Shown: positions 42,610-54,046 of the stretch, in pieces
How positions within the stretch are numbered: position 1 is the stretch's first letter
Layout of the letters: every line of letters starts with the position of its first letter
Origin: Setoptus koraiensis
Taxonomy: Eukaryota; Animalia; Arthropoda
DNA length: 64,000 bases
Assembly: GCA_048013815.1 (NCBI GenBank)
Contig: CM106585.1
Location: 3,906,001 to 3,970,000, forward strand
Direction: 5' to 3'
The notes under the pieces: model-generated
The model's database searches: none
What the model was told of the DNA's origin: nothing
What the model saw: only the letters and a program-made list of their open reading frames with translations
Made by a program: the position numbers and the translations under genes

Positions 42610-42972
42610 ATCCGACGTTAGACTCTAACGTCGGATAAACGGTAAGAGGCCGGGCCTCTGAGCGGTTTGAAATTAGCGCGCGGAGAGAAAGAGGGAGAGG
42701 GTGTAGTTACACGTACCGCACACGATCTCCCAACTTGGGAGTCCCAATTTGGGACTCCCAACTTGTGAGTGCCGGCGAGTGTGTGAATTGCGGCGAATTG
42801 AAGTGAGCGGTGTTCTAGCGGTTCCGGTTAGAAGGCCGCTCTCGCTGAGCTTGTTACTAACAAGCGGTTGTTAGATAGAGAGGGGCGTGGCAGTGGCACC
42901 GATTGCGCGGTGCGGCGCGCCGCACAAGCGAGCCGGCGCCGGCGCACAATCACACCGCCATGTTAGCTAACA
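42610..42972. other. Cluster of perfect palindromes and short inverted repeats
   Basis: ATCCGACGTTAG-act-CTAACGTCGGAT; AGAGGCC-g-GGCCTCT; TTGGGAGTCCCAA-t-TTGGGACTCCCAA; GTGCGGCGCGCCGCAC; GCCGGCGCCGGC; TGTTAGCTAACA. Confidence 0.8.
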
Positions 42973-43061
42973 AGTGATTGGCGCGCGGCTCACAAGAACG
43001 CGAGAATGCTACAATGCTAGAGTGATAGTGACAAGAGCATAAACAAAAAGATTAATCTGGC

Positions 43062-43160
43062 TACTAACAGCGATATCTGGCTAACAGCAATATCTGGCTA
43101 ATAGCAATTTCTGGCTAATAGCAATTTCTGGCTGGCAGTAATATCTGGCTAATAGAGCTA
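43062..43160. repeat. 17-bp tandem repeat (CTAAYAGCAATWTCTGG)x5
   Basis: Direct inspection. Confidence 0.85.
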
Positions 43161-46094
43161 ATAGAGTAAAGCGAGAGTGGATCATCAAGTGGTGAGTCAG
43201 ACACTCGAGCGCTGCCCTCGCTCTCACAACTTGTCATAGAGTCTCTGGCTCGTCTGTGCCGCGCGAAAAGAGATACACAGTTATTGGTGGCGAACGAGAG
43301 GCGGCGGCGAAGCGAACTCGCCATTATCGCCACTACAGGTTGCGGCGCGTTGACGACAACGAGCGTCGGCATCGCCAATGTCAATGTGTGTTCGTGCGTT
43401 GGAATAAGCGCAACTTTCGCTGGCGCTTCACTTTTTAGCTGCTTTGCCAGCAGCAACAGCCGCAGTCAGTCAGATCAAGCAGTGAGAGCGATGAGAGAGA
43501 CAAATTGTGAGATTGTGATTGGCGAAAGTTAGCAACAAGCGGCGATCATTCGCTGCGCAATGCAACTTGTTGCTGTGTGTCGCTATTGTTGTCAGATGAA
43601 TCGCGTCAGATAAATCAAAGCAAACACACTCGTTCGGTTGCCTGTTAGCAGCAGACTGTGTGACACCTACAATGGCACTAGACTCTAGTGACTAGCGCGT
43701 TGTGCCTTGTGTGTTGTGCGTTGTGCGCGCCCTTTGCACCCCCACCCTCATGCACTGTCACTGTTGACTGTTCCATCTTACAATCTTGTTAGTACCAGTG
43801 CAACTAGTGACTAGTCACTTGTGAGGCTAGCGATTAGTTGCTAGTGGCTGTCGCGAATCATGCAAGCGTCGTCTATTGTTGCAATTGTGACAATTGTAAT
43901 TGTGAGACACTTGTGAGCACACACTGACATGTTTACCATTCGCGCACTTATCAGATGCTCGCCTGTTAATTCTTCGTCTTGGACAAATCACTTGTGTCGA
44001 TCGCTGCACTGGCAGCATTAGTCACATGCACTCGCACAATGCGATATTATTAGCATTATTAGCAACATTATTAATATTATTGGCAGCATTATTGGCGGTG
44101 TCATTAGCGCCGGAGGCGCTCGCAACTCGTCACACGGGGCACGACGGAACGCGATGGAACGCGATGGAACCCGATGCAAGTTGCACCGCGTCGCATCGTG
44201 GAGCGTCGCCGTCGCTGCCTCGTGCACTCTGATCGTCGGAGTCTGATCGTCGGAGTCTGATGCGTCTAGGCGCTCGCGTCGAATCACGCGGCCGGCGCAG
44301 CGCGGCACAAGTTTCGCCAGATCGTGCGCCCTGCCGACAGCGAGTCTCTGGCGAATACGACGAGTATGACGAGTGTGGTGAGACTCTCGCCATGAGAGTC
44401 TCTGGCGAACAAATTCAGTAAATAAATTCAGTATGGCGAGGGGCTGGCGAATGGCACAGCGAGTGCGAATGGTATTGCGAGTCGCTGTTTGCGAGTCGAG
44501 TTGTGAGTTGGAACTTTTCAGCGCTCACATTGGCAACTGGCGAGTTGCAGCGAGTGCGCCGACAAGAGTTGCGAGGAGAGCGGGACGCGCACGTTGCATT
44601 GGTGGTCAGACGGCGGGCGAACAAGTTGCCGTTCACATGTTGCCAATGTAACGCTAGTTGTAACGCTAGTTTCCAATTTTCAAAATCGTTCTATATCCAA
44701 ACACATCGCTCACGCTGCACGACGGGCGCATGGGCGCATGGGCGCATGAGGGTATTAAATTGCAGCGCGCTGTAGCGGCGCCGCCAGCGCGCGCGCGCCC
44801 TCAGCATTGTCGGACGAGCCACAGAACTTTTTGGCAACCCTCTCTGGCAGAGAGTCTCTGCATGCATTTGAGCTCTCTATGCATGCATCTGAGCCCTCTG
44901 CTCTCTATGCGAGCTCTCAAGCTCGTTGCAGCCAGTCGAGCCTGAGTTGCACACACGACGATGCTGCCTGCCCCCTCCCTTTGCTCTCCCTCCCTTTGCG
45001 CCCCAGCGCGTCCCCTAGGGCTGCGAGTCTCAGGCCGAGAGTCTGGGCGACTCAGAGCGGCAGTGCCGGCAGAACACGATGGAACTGTATGGTAGTCGGT
45101 GTGTAACTCGCTAGAACTGCATGGTATGACTGCGCGATAGAACCGCCAGATACATACTCAGTACAGTTCCATCCTGTTGAACATACACACAGATGGAAGT
45201 AAACAGAAGGAAAGTGTAGAACTAAATCTCGGTACAGTCGCCGCTCGCAATTGTTTGAGCGCAAGCGTGTGCAACTGTGAACAACTGTTAGTGTGTTCGC
45301 TTTCACTTGAACTGTTGCTGCTACTCGCAGCTCACAGCTCGCAGCTCACAGTTTGTCAGAAGTTCTACACACTGCACTGATAACGTTCTGTCTGTCTGTC
45401 TGTCTGTTTACGCTCAATGGAATAGCAGCACACACACACACACTCAACTGACTGCAGCACTCGCAAGCACGCACGCACAAACGATCTTAGCGCTGATGTC
45501 TTCTTCATCGTCGTCATCGCCATCATCTGTTGATTCCCTATTCGATTATCATTATTTATTTTTCTATATGCACTCTCGCAGCCGCCACAACACCAACAAG
45601 TACAGCACCAATAAGCACAGCCCTGTGTGTATCGTTCGACTATATCATATTTATACACTTATACTCATACTCATACATGTAAGCTAGCTAGTAAGCGATT
45701 GGATTATTTCATTAGCTAGTGAAGTATTATTGGCAAAAACAAGGCTCAACAACAACAACAAGTGCAATATCGACAGGCCAAGAAAGAGCCAAGAGAGAGA
45801 GAGCGAGAGCCAGTTAGCAAGACCGTCGCCGCAGAAAGGCACCAGCAAGCCGATAAGCACACACGACGCACACACACACACACACACAAATGTGCGAATA
45901 GTAGAGATCGAATAAATCTCGCGGCAGCGGCGTCGGCGGCGCTCAATTATCGCTAAATGATCGCTAAAGAAGAAACGCTACAGTTGTGGCAATTATATCA
46001 TTTTATTACTGCTACAACTACAGAGATTGATCTCATTAGATTTAATTTGATTTGCGATAGGCTGCTTGCGCTAATTCGAGTGGAGCAACACAAC

Positions 46095-46129
<35 letters not shown>

Positions 46130-46293
46130 GAGAGGGCACAAGTTCATTTTCTTCGACCACCATCAGTAGTATTAGTATTTTATCAATACTTTATTTTATT
46201 CTCCAAATCATATCGTCGTCGCCACTATCAATGACATCAACACCGACGAATACCAAAACCACCACGCCAGTCGATCGATCGATTTAAGCGTTT

Positions 46294-46315
46294 CTACACA
46301 CACACGCACACACAC

Positions 46316-46359
<44 letters not shown>
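46294..46359. repeat. (CA)n microsatellite (others at about 12560, 12670, 32960, 45870, 46100)
   Basis: Direct inspection. Confidence 0.9.
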
Positions 46360-46362
<3 letters not shown>

Positions 46363-47205
46363 CAGATAGACAGATATAACACATATTACACATATTGGAA
46401 TTATCAGCATCAGACGCTCTCTCTCTCTCTCTTCATCTTGTTGTAAAAATGCTCATGCCACACATTCAACATATACTTTACGTTTGCGAAAATATATAAA
46501 AATGTGATATATTATTATTATCATTTTCGCTATAACAACGACGCCGGCCTTAGAAGCATTAGCAGCGTATCGGTAGTAGTAGCAGTCGTGCAACAACTAC
46601 TAAACAGCGCAACCAGCAGCAGCAATAGTCGACAGATAGTCTCTCTTTCTATCTCCCACTCTGTATATATCTAGATTAGCTCTCTAGCAAATGCAAGGCG
46701 CTAACAAATCACTACTAGCTTACCAGTTAATTAAACAGAGAGTTATTATATTTAATATCAATAGTGATATTGATGAATGCGTTCCCTCAATGAACAACAG
46801 CGCACTAGATCGTCGCTATCACTACTCGTGATATTACAACAACAACTATTACACACACTACTACTACACATACTATAGGCATTGCGAGCCGAAGAATTCC
46901 ACTACGTCTCTCTGTTCCTCTATTTGTCTTTCTCTCCTGTTCCTGAATCAAAGCAATGTTCGCAGCAGTCACGCGCCTGTGAATCAAAAAGCCACTCTTC
47001 ATTATAATAATTTTTATTATTTCTATTATTAGCATCGCCATTATTATTATTATCATCATCAACGCCATTATTACTATTATTATTATTATTACTACTAATA
47101 TTAACACACATTATTATTAGCATACAATTAGTACCTTGGACTAGTGATAGATAAACTAAATGTTTCAGTAAATTTCATCAAGTCAATTAATTATTAGCTG
47201 AGTAA

Positions 47206-49008
47206 ATGAGTACGAGCCCGGAAATCACTAAAACCATGGATGATGATAATTTAGATAAAAACAAAAAGTTATTCCCGCAAAAACTTTGGGAACTCATTCA
47301 TGATGAACGATATCAATCGTGCCTTCGCTGGTCAGAAGACGGTCACCGGGTTTATCTAAATAGGGAAGACTTTGAGGAGAGCTATCTCAAAAAGCCAGAC
47401 CAAAATCAATTTAACACTCAAAAGGCTATCTCATTCGTACGACAAATGAACATGTACGGCTTCAAGAAAGTAGATGATTTCTATTATGAAAATGAAAATT
47501 TCAAACGCGATTCACCTGATTCGCTGAAACGTATGATTCGCCGACATCCAGCTAGAAATTCAGACTTCATAACGCAAGAACTACTTAACAATAATGATTA
47601 TGAGATAAGCACAAACAATTTTATGAAGGCCAATAACAATAGTGTCTTTATCAACACCACCAATAATAATAATAACAACAACAACGCCAAGCTATTAACT
47701 AATAGCAACAACAAAGACAATCAGGACACTCAAGAAACGGACTACACAATAAATCATTGTTCGCCAACACGTTCACCAACTTCGCCCATACCCTTGTCCA
47801 CCAACGCCAACAACCATTTAGTGCCATATACTCAACCTAGCGATAGCTTGAGGGTTGGCCATTATGACTCTATCTCTCCCCAGAACATGGGAACCGATGA
47901 GGAAATCATGCAAAGAGGCCATTGGACACTACCCCAGGATAAGTCTATGTGTACAGCCGAAGAGGTACGCCGAGGGCAGCGTATTAATGGTGTTCCACGG
48001 AACAAGTGTCCAATAATTGGATGCAATAAGAGAGTTAGTCCTACAAATATCTATCCAGCACTGATATCACACTTATATGGTTATCATTTTAGTGGTTTCA
48101 ATTCCTACACGAGATACCATAATCCAAAATATTGTCGCCTGATCCAAAATAGTTCCTGGAGCGATAGAGTAGATGAAATGCATACAGTCCATGATAACAT
48201 ATCACACCAACGAAATCCCGCAAATTTATCCCACGATAGCTACGGGTTCATGAATTCATGTGTCAGAAATGATAATAATAATATCGATCCTGGAAATACG
48301 CATGGTAGCGATGAGGATCTAGAACATAATAATAGGGAAGATATAAGTGAAAATTCCGGTGGTCATAATGATGATGGTGATGATAATTATCAGGAGGACT
48401 CGTTGAACTCTTACTCTCCTACAATGTCGAATCTTAGAAAACGTAATCTGATACAGACGCATTCATCTTCAACATGCTCACCATCGAAGATGCTCAAGCA
48501 TCAAAGGCAAATTCTGCAGCACCAACAACATCAACAGCAGCAGCAGCAGCAACAACCTCAGGATCTATCTAATCATTCTCATCAAAATCAAAGATTGAAA
48601 GCAAATTTGAAAGTAGAATCGCCAAATAACCAAAATTTTGATAATGGCCCGTTTAGTTCCTCTGGTCAAACTGGATCATTGTGTCAGGGCTCTTTTTTAC
48701 CTTCCCCTCAACTTAATTCAATTGCATCCCAACTGGTGAAGAAAATTTCTGACCAGAGAGAAGTGAAGTTAGATTTGGGAGCCTCTATTGAAGCTGAAAA
48801 GTTTGCGGAAAAATTGTTATTTACTCTCATAGACGACGCTGCAATGATTGTCGAACATCAAAACGAATCGAAATCACCTCCGATAGATAAAAACAATAAG
48901 GAGATGCTAATTGACGCTTCAAGTCTCACTTTAGCTCTCAAATTTATGCCTTCCAGACTAGCGGCAGCTTTAAACGAAAAATCCATCTCCCAAATCAATC
49001 ATACGTAA
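47206..49008 (+). CDS. HSF-type DNA-binding-domain protein (divergent, HSF5/HSFY-like) with putative atypical C2H2 finger and C-terminal H2B-like histone fold
   Basis: Single 600-aa ORF. The N-terminus has FPQKLWELI...LRWSEDG...SFVRQMNMYGFKKV...FKRDSPDSLKRMIRR, matching the HSF DBD signature. No obvious HR-A/B heptad repeat. Confidence 0.85.
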   Translation: MSTSPEITKTMDDDNLDKNKKLFPQKLWELIHDERYQSCLRWSEDGHRVYLNREDFEESYLKKPDQNQFNTQKAISFVRQMNMYGFKKVDDFYYENENFKRDSPDSLKRMIRRHPARNSDFITQELLNNNDYEISTNNFMKANNNSVFINTTNNNNNNNNAKLLTNSNNKDNQDTQETDYTINHCSPTRSPTSPIPLSTNANNHLVPYTQPSDSLRVGHYDSISPQNMGTDEEIMQRGHWTLPQDKSMCTAEEVRRGQRINGVPRNKCPIIGCNKRVSPTNIYPALISHLYGYHFSGFNSYTRYHNPKYCRLIQNSSWSDRVDEMHTVHDNISHQRNPANLSHDSYGFMNSCVRNDNNNIDPGNTHGSDEDLEHNNREDISENSGGHNDDGDDNYQEDSLNSYSPTMSNLRKRNLIQTHSSSTCSPSKMLKHQRQILQHQQHQQQQQQQQPQDLSNHSHQNQRLKANLKVESPNNQNFDNGPFSSSGQTGSLCQGSFLPSPQLNSIASQLVKKISDQREVKLDLGASIEAEKFAEKLLFTLIDDAAMIVEHQNESKSPPIDKNNKEMLIDASSLTLALKFMPSRLAAALNEKSISQINHT

Positions 49009-49344
49009 CTATGGTATTGCACAGTCTTGATCGATTCTTATATTTCACTTTGGTGATCTAAAATAACATTAATGTTCCAAAAAATATCAAATTCCAATAC
49101 TGCATTAATCTGTTTACGTAGCGAGAGAAAAAAATCAAAAGAGCAATTCCTAGGCCTGACTCTGCTAGAACCGTCCTCATCCTGTTACTATCCATTGTTC
49201 ATTTTATATGCTTATATTTACAATGTTATTTACTATCCGCCACGCAACCCAGCTGCCTATACTAAGTTAAATTCTTAGATAATAAACACAATGAGTTTTA
49301 AGCTTGGTTCTGAGCTTGTTCAAGAGCCTTTATACGAACTTGTG

Positions 49345-50320
49345 TTACAGTCTGCAATTGAATCCACCGCTAACGCAGATATTTTCCCCAGAAATGAACG
49401 ACGCGTCATCACTACACAAGAAGCTACAAATGCCCGCTACTTCATGCGGCTGTCCCAAACGTTTAGCATCTATGACATTCATCATGAATTCAACGGCGGC
49501 ATTGGTTGTTATAATTTCACTAAATGCCGTTTTGATAATACCGGGCGCAACATTGTTAACTCTAATACTTTCTTTAGCCAATTGCGCTGATAGCTGTTTT
49601 GTCAGTCCACACAATGCTGTCTTGGATACTGCGTACATTCCAATACCCATCGTAGATGAATATCCTGCGACTGATCCAATAAATATGATCGATCCACTAC
49701 CATTATTTCTCATATGGGGCACTACTTTTTGAATAAGAAAAAATCCTGCTTTGAGATTAACATCAAATATCTTATCGTATTGGCTTTCAGAAATATCCAA
49801 TATATCACCAACATGAGGATTAACAGCTGCATTAGAGACAAGAATGTCTATCTTTCCATATTGTTGAATGGTAAAATCTACAAGTCGCTGTCTGTCTTCT
49901 TCTTTTCCAACATGACACACAATACCTGAAACATCTTCTAATTTGTATGATTTAAGCTCTTTTAAAGCCTTGTCGACGTTTTTCCAGTTTCTGCTGCTTA
50001 TCACCACTTTCGCTCCATCAGTGGCAAGTTTTCTCGCGATAGCAAATCCAATTCTATATAGAGGAACAGAAAATTGTGCGACGGAAAGTGATGTTTACCG
50101 TCAATGTCATCATAACTTAGGTGGATTTATTCCCGAATCGAGACGAGACTTACCCTTGTGTCGAGGCGGTCACGATGGCGACTTTATTTGCTAGCCTTGT
50201 TGATGGAACATAAATCAGGGAAGAATCAGGAACTGCAGCGGCATACCGAGAATATTCCTCCCAAGAGTTCGACTCGAGGTCTCGCAACTCTTTTAGTTTT
50301 TCACCCGCGTTCACGTTCAT
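49345..50320 (-). CDS. DHRS4: Dehydrogenase/reductase SDR family member 4 (peroxisomal NADPH carbonyl reductase); exons 50320-50154 and 50053-49345, about 291 aa
   Basis: LANKVAIVTASTQG|IGFAIARKLA is joined across a 100-nt GTAAGT...TAG intron (50153-50054). Also has VSNAAVNP, YAVSK (YxxxK), IRVNNVAPG and a C-terminal CRL PTS1-type signal. The exact start codon is uncertain. Confidence 0.92.
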
Positions 50321-51882
50321 GATCGTAAAATACAATTTTGAATACTTGAGAAAAGTGACGCTACTGTGTTGCTATAAGTTTTCGTGTCAACGGAAGTTGA
50401 ACGATTGGGCGAATCGTTTATCGAGAGCTATCTTAGACTTTCAGTCATCATTATTGCTAACTATGGAAATTGCTCGAGAACGATTGTCGAGTGGACGCTT
50501 AATCTAACATCAGTTGGTGCTTATCATCTCATTTATACTAAGATTACTTACATATGGAGAGCAATGGTACTGCTATAACTGATTTGAATACAAGAGCTAA
50601 ATGAAACTGCAATCATTGGTTCAACTTGATAGCTAACAGGCAATCAACAAATGTTTCTAATACTCTGCGCTCATATTCTGTCATTACATCATAAAAGTAC
50701 GGACTGCGGCTGGAGGTATCAGCAGATTTCCACACGGTACAGGGATGTATACTGGGATTGAGTTATGAACGCACCACAAGGGGGTGTACACTTAGTTATG
50801 TGAGCATGCTTCATAACCGGTTATCCGTTGATGAGATAGCCCATTTGATTATCAGATGTCCTTGAACAAATTCAACTGTATCTCGTGTCTATCTAACAGT
50901 TTTTTGTTTGTTGACTTTTGGGGTATTCTCGAAAGCTTGGAACTAATCATTAGGGTGATCAAGCTTGCCAGGCATAATATTTTTATGTTGTACACCCATT
51001 AAATTCCAACAGATTTTTTTGTTTCCTCTTTGATTTGCTTGCCCTTTTATTTGATTTGCTGCTGTTCATGTTGACATAAGAAAATTTTCCGCGTTTCATT
51101 GTACAGATCTTTGATTAGATGCATCTCCGACATTGGCACCATCGTGTCGTGCAATCTAAGGCCAGACTGAGACTCACGACTCCATGAGGAACTTTACTTA
51201 TGATTATTTATTGAATTCAACCATAAACTTGTGAAATGGATTTTTTTTTCTTCGCTAGTCTCTCATTTTCTACTGCCTCTGTTTAATAGGATCCTTAGCT
51301 AGTGGGGAGATAAAAAATTAACTCAGAGAGTGGAGGCTAGAGATACCGACATTTCAAATTTCCAAATACAAAACAGATTTGATTATCGACTCACAAGGCA
51401 ACCTTGGTGATCATAACTCTCGGCTTTTTTCCCAATGGGTCTATCCTGTAATCTCGACGAGTCGCTCCGAATCGGTATAACCATTTACTCGTTTTATTTT
51501 TCGTTCCTGGAATATTCTGGTCTTTTCGGGACCTTGCGCATGTACCAACCAGAATATTGCGAAAACGAAGGCAAAAACGGATAAATGGTTATCCGTATTC
51601 GACTCGATCGTCGGGATATGCAAGAACGGACTTATTGAAAAAAAAAACTCCGAGAGTTGAGATCACCTAGGTTATATTGTGAAAGGAACAAGCGACGTTG
51701 ACGCCCAGCTGTCTTGGCGAGGTTGGTGATGACCAATAACTTATCTTTTATCTGTGGATTTATTAAAACAACCTCACTACCTCCAGGCCGAACTCACCAG
51801 AATGTCCCTGCTACTAGGTTGTCTCATAAGTAACAAGAGGCCCACTCACTGACGAACTTGTTAGAGATCAATCATACAAGTC

Positions 51883-52700
51883 TCAATAGTACTTCAGAAA
51901 TGGATAAACATCGAATGCCATGAATGTCCAGTCATTTGTTATTAGCATTACACTAATAGTGGCGAGGATTTGTTCGCATCGCAGTTTGCACCAAACGTAG
52001 ATATTACCCGCGGCCTTAGCACAATTATCGGCTCTCAGTATCGTCGTGTAGCCTAGACCTAGAGGTAAATTCATAGAAGACTGGATGTGTTCGTGAGTAG
52101 GAAACAATCTATCACGGTTACAACTGACCAACACTAGACCGAGTTAATTTTACAATATAAAGCGATGATGCATTCGAATGACTACCATTGATTCATTCTA
52201 GCTCGTACGCCCAACAAGTATTCTTTCAAGAGATTCATGCTGATTATATTCTAAAATCATCTGTTGAGCTCTTGGTTATTCGATCGACAAATAATTCCTG
52301 ATTGTCGCTTGTGGCTTTTGCTTTACAAATAGAGCACCCAATATTCCGCCGGGTGATATATCCCGGTTGTACTATTCCGAAGGGAATTTCAGTTCCCTTT
52401 AGCTATTGATTTGTATCTCGCCAACCTCGTTTCATAACTTCAAAAATAAATATTGCCAGTATGCACATTATCACAATGTCTAAACTACAGATCGACTCTT
52501 GGAAATTTCGCTTGTTTAATACTCTCTATAGAGCAGAGTGTTACAGTGAGGGTAGTACTCTTGTGAAAGATTTTCATTTGAGTGGTGCAAACGTCGAACC
52601 CATCTCAACATCAGGGTGACATTCCAACAATTTATCTGTGCGAACCAGAACGAATGGTATGAGCATTTCGCATTTCTTCGCTATATAATCAGCCTCGAGA
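51883..52700 (-). pseudogene. 5'-truncated, disrupted fourth copy of the PAICS-like gene
   Basis: Minus-strand fragments KKCEMLIPF..CHPDVEMGSTFAPLK*, CSIESIKQAKFPRVDL*, FEVMKRGW and SSMNLPLGLGYTTILRADNCAKAAGNIYVWCKLRC match the intact copies but contain stops and frameshifts. No exon 1 or promoter block. Confidence 0.8.
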
Positions 52701-52754
52701 CCAGGAACATGATCACAAAAGTACCTCAGTGGTGAATGAACTTTTTGACTATCG

Positions 52755-54046
52755 TTATCTTTCTTCTCTTTTTATGCGCGGTCCTCTTCCTCTTGACGAT
52801 CTACCTATCGCAGCTATGGTTCGTTTCCATTTCATTTTGCACCAAACATAGATATTATCATTGGCCACGATTTGGGCTGCCGCCCTGGCACAATTATCTG
52901 CTCCTATTATTGTTGGGCAGCTAAGGCCTGGAGGAATATTCATCGATGACAAGACTTGCTTGCTGGTCCTCGCATGTGGAAAACAATTTAAGACGGGTAT
53001 ATCCGAATTTAAGGCCAACAGTTGGACCAGTAAATTAGTTTTACAAGATATCGCTATAATACATTTGCATGATGGCCATTGATTCAATCTAGATATTGTG
53101 TCCAACAAGCACTGGGTTGATCCATCAACTGAGCAGGTAATATTCTCAATTTGGAAAATTCCCCAATTCTTATTCAAGCTCTTGATTATCTCAAACGCAA
53201 ACGGTCCATGTTCGATGCTTGCGTTCAAATCCATCAAGATTGCAACTGATGGCGAAGATGTCGAGCGTAACTGTCGATTATCCGCGATCAAAGATTTTAA
53301 TCTCTTCGCCACGGATGAACTGTGAGTATATTCGTCAATCATCTGAACGAAGACTTCTCCTTCGTGGTCTATTCCAAATTGTACCTCTATCTCCGCTATG
53401 GAGCGAGACATGTGCTGCCATACACGTTCCATGACTTCGAATACAAGTCTCGACAGCGTGTACATTCTTTCAATATCCACATCCTCCAGATCGAGATTTG
53501 GAAATTCTGCGTGCTTTACACTTTCAATCGACCAGACTGTTCGATTTAAGCTAGCATCCAAATGGAATACTTCCACCTGCAATGTTGGGAACCTGGTGCC
53601 CTCTTTCACATTGGGGTGACGTTGTAAGAAATAAGGCGTTGCCTCGCGTGTAAGAACCCATCTAAGTGGCACTATTCGGCATCTCATCTCTATGAAACCC
53701 TCGTCCATGCTTGGATCATATTTAACAAATGTTGTAGGTAAGCCAATAAAATTTAGAAATTCAAACAGACTAGCGTCCGCGCGTATGTTCTGAGAGGTGT
53801 CGTCAGGATCATCATCATACAAAGGCACAACAAACCAATGATCGTCACGGTCCTCAAGTTCATAGAAACGGGAAAATCCATCATCTGCGATCAATTTTCC
53901 TTTGACTGCCAAGAAATTGTTGAAACAAATAATAACGATTGACAACGATGTGGTTGAAATAATTTTTGCTATACAGCGATTACTCGAATGAGTTATGATT
54001 AGTGGTGCCATATTCCGACTTGAGACTGTCGGTTGAACTTACCCAT
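52755..54046 (-). CDS. PAICS (SAICAR synthetase + AIR carboxylase)-derived protein, copy A, catalytically degenerate; exons 54046-54043 (ATGG) and 53905-52755, 384 aa
   Basis: RCRIVPLRWVLTREATPYFLQRHPNVKEGTRF resembles PAICS [59 protein letters not shown] resembles SSLRLPSGLGCSTV..FAAQI..NHLVWSKL. A 137-nt ATGG|GTAAGT...CAG|TC intron gives MVKGKLI. Confidence 0.85.

Noticed and set aside
2652-43160. Short direct-repeat arrays as possible CRISPR-like loci
   Set aside because: Units are contiguous with no unique spacers, no cas genes are present, and the context is eukaryotic.
456-46400. The many 60-215-aa ORFs in the ORF track across the desert
   Set aside because: They are overlapping, on both strands, repeat-derived or low-complexity (poly-C/R/V/T), and have no recognisable domains. 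This is expected noise in this composition.
46780-47123. Asn-rich minus-strand frame (NNGVDDDNNNNGDANNRNNKNYYNEEWLFDSQARDCCEHC) divergent from the HSF gene
   Set aside because: It derives largely from (TAT/TAC)n repeats and is interrupted by two in-frame stops, with no convincing splice path.
50195-50245. Possible extra 51-nt intron in DHRS4 exon 1 (GTATGC...ACAAG)
   Set aside because: It is in-frame and much shorter than the other introns here (100-151 nt). It cannot be distinguished from coding sequence without transcripts.
50600-51700. Short minus-strand protein-like fragments between DHRS4 and the PAICS-like array
   Set aside because: Multiple stops and no recognisable homology. Not supportable as a gene or pseudogene.
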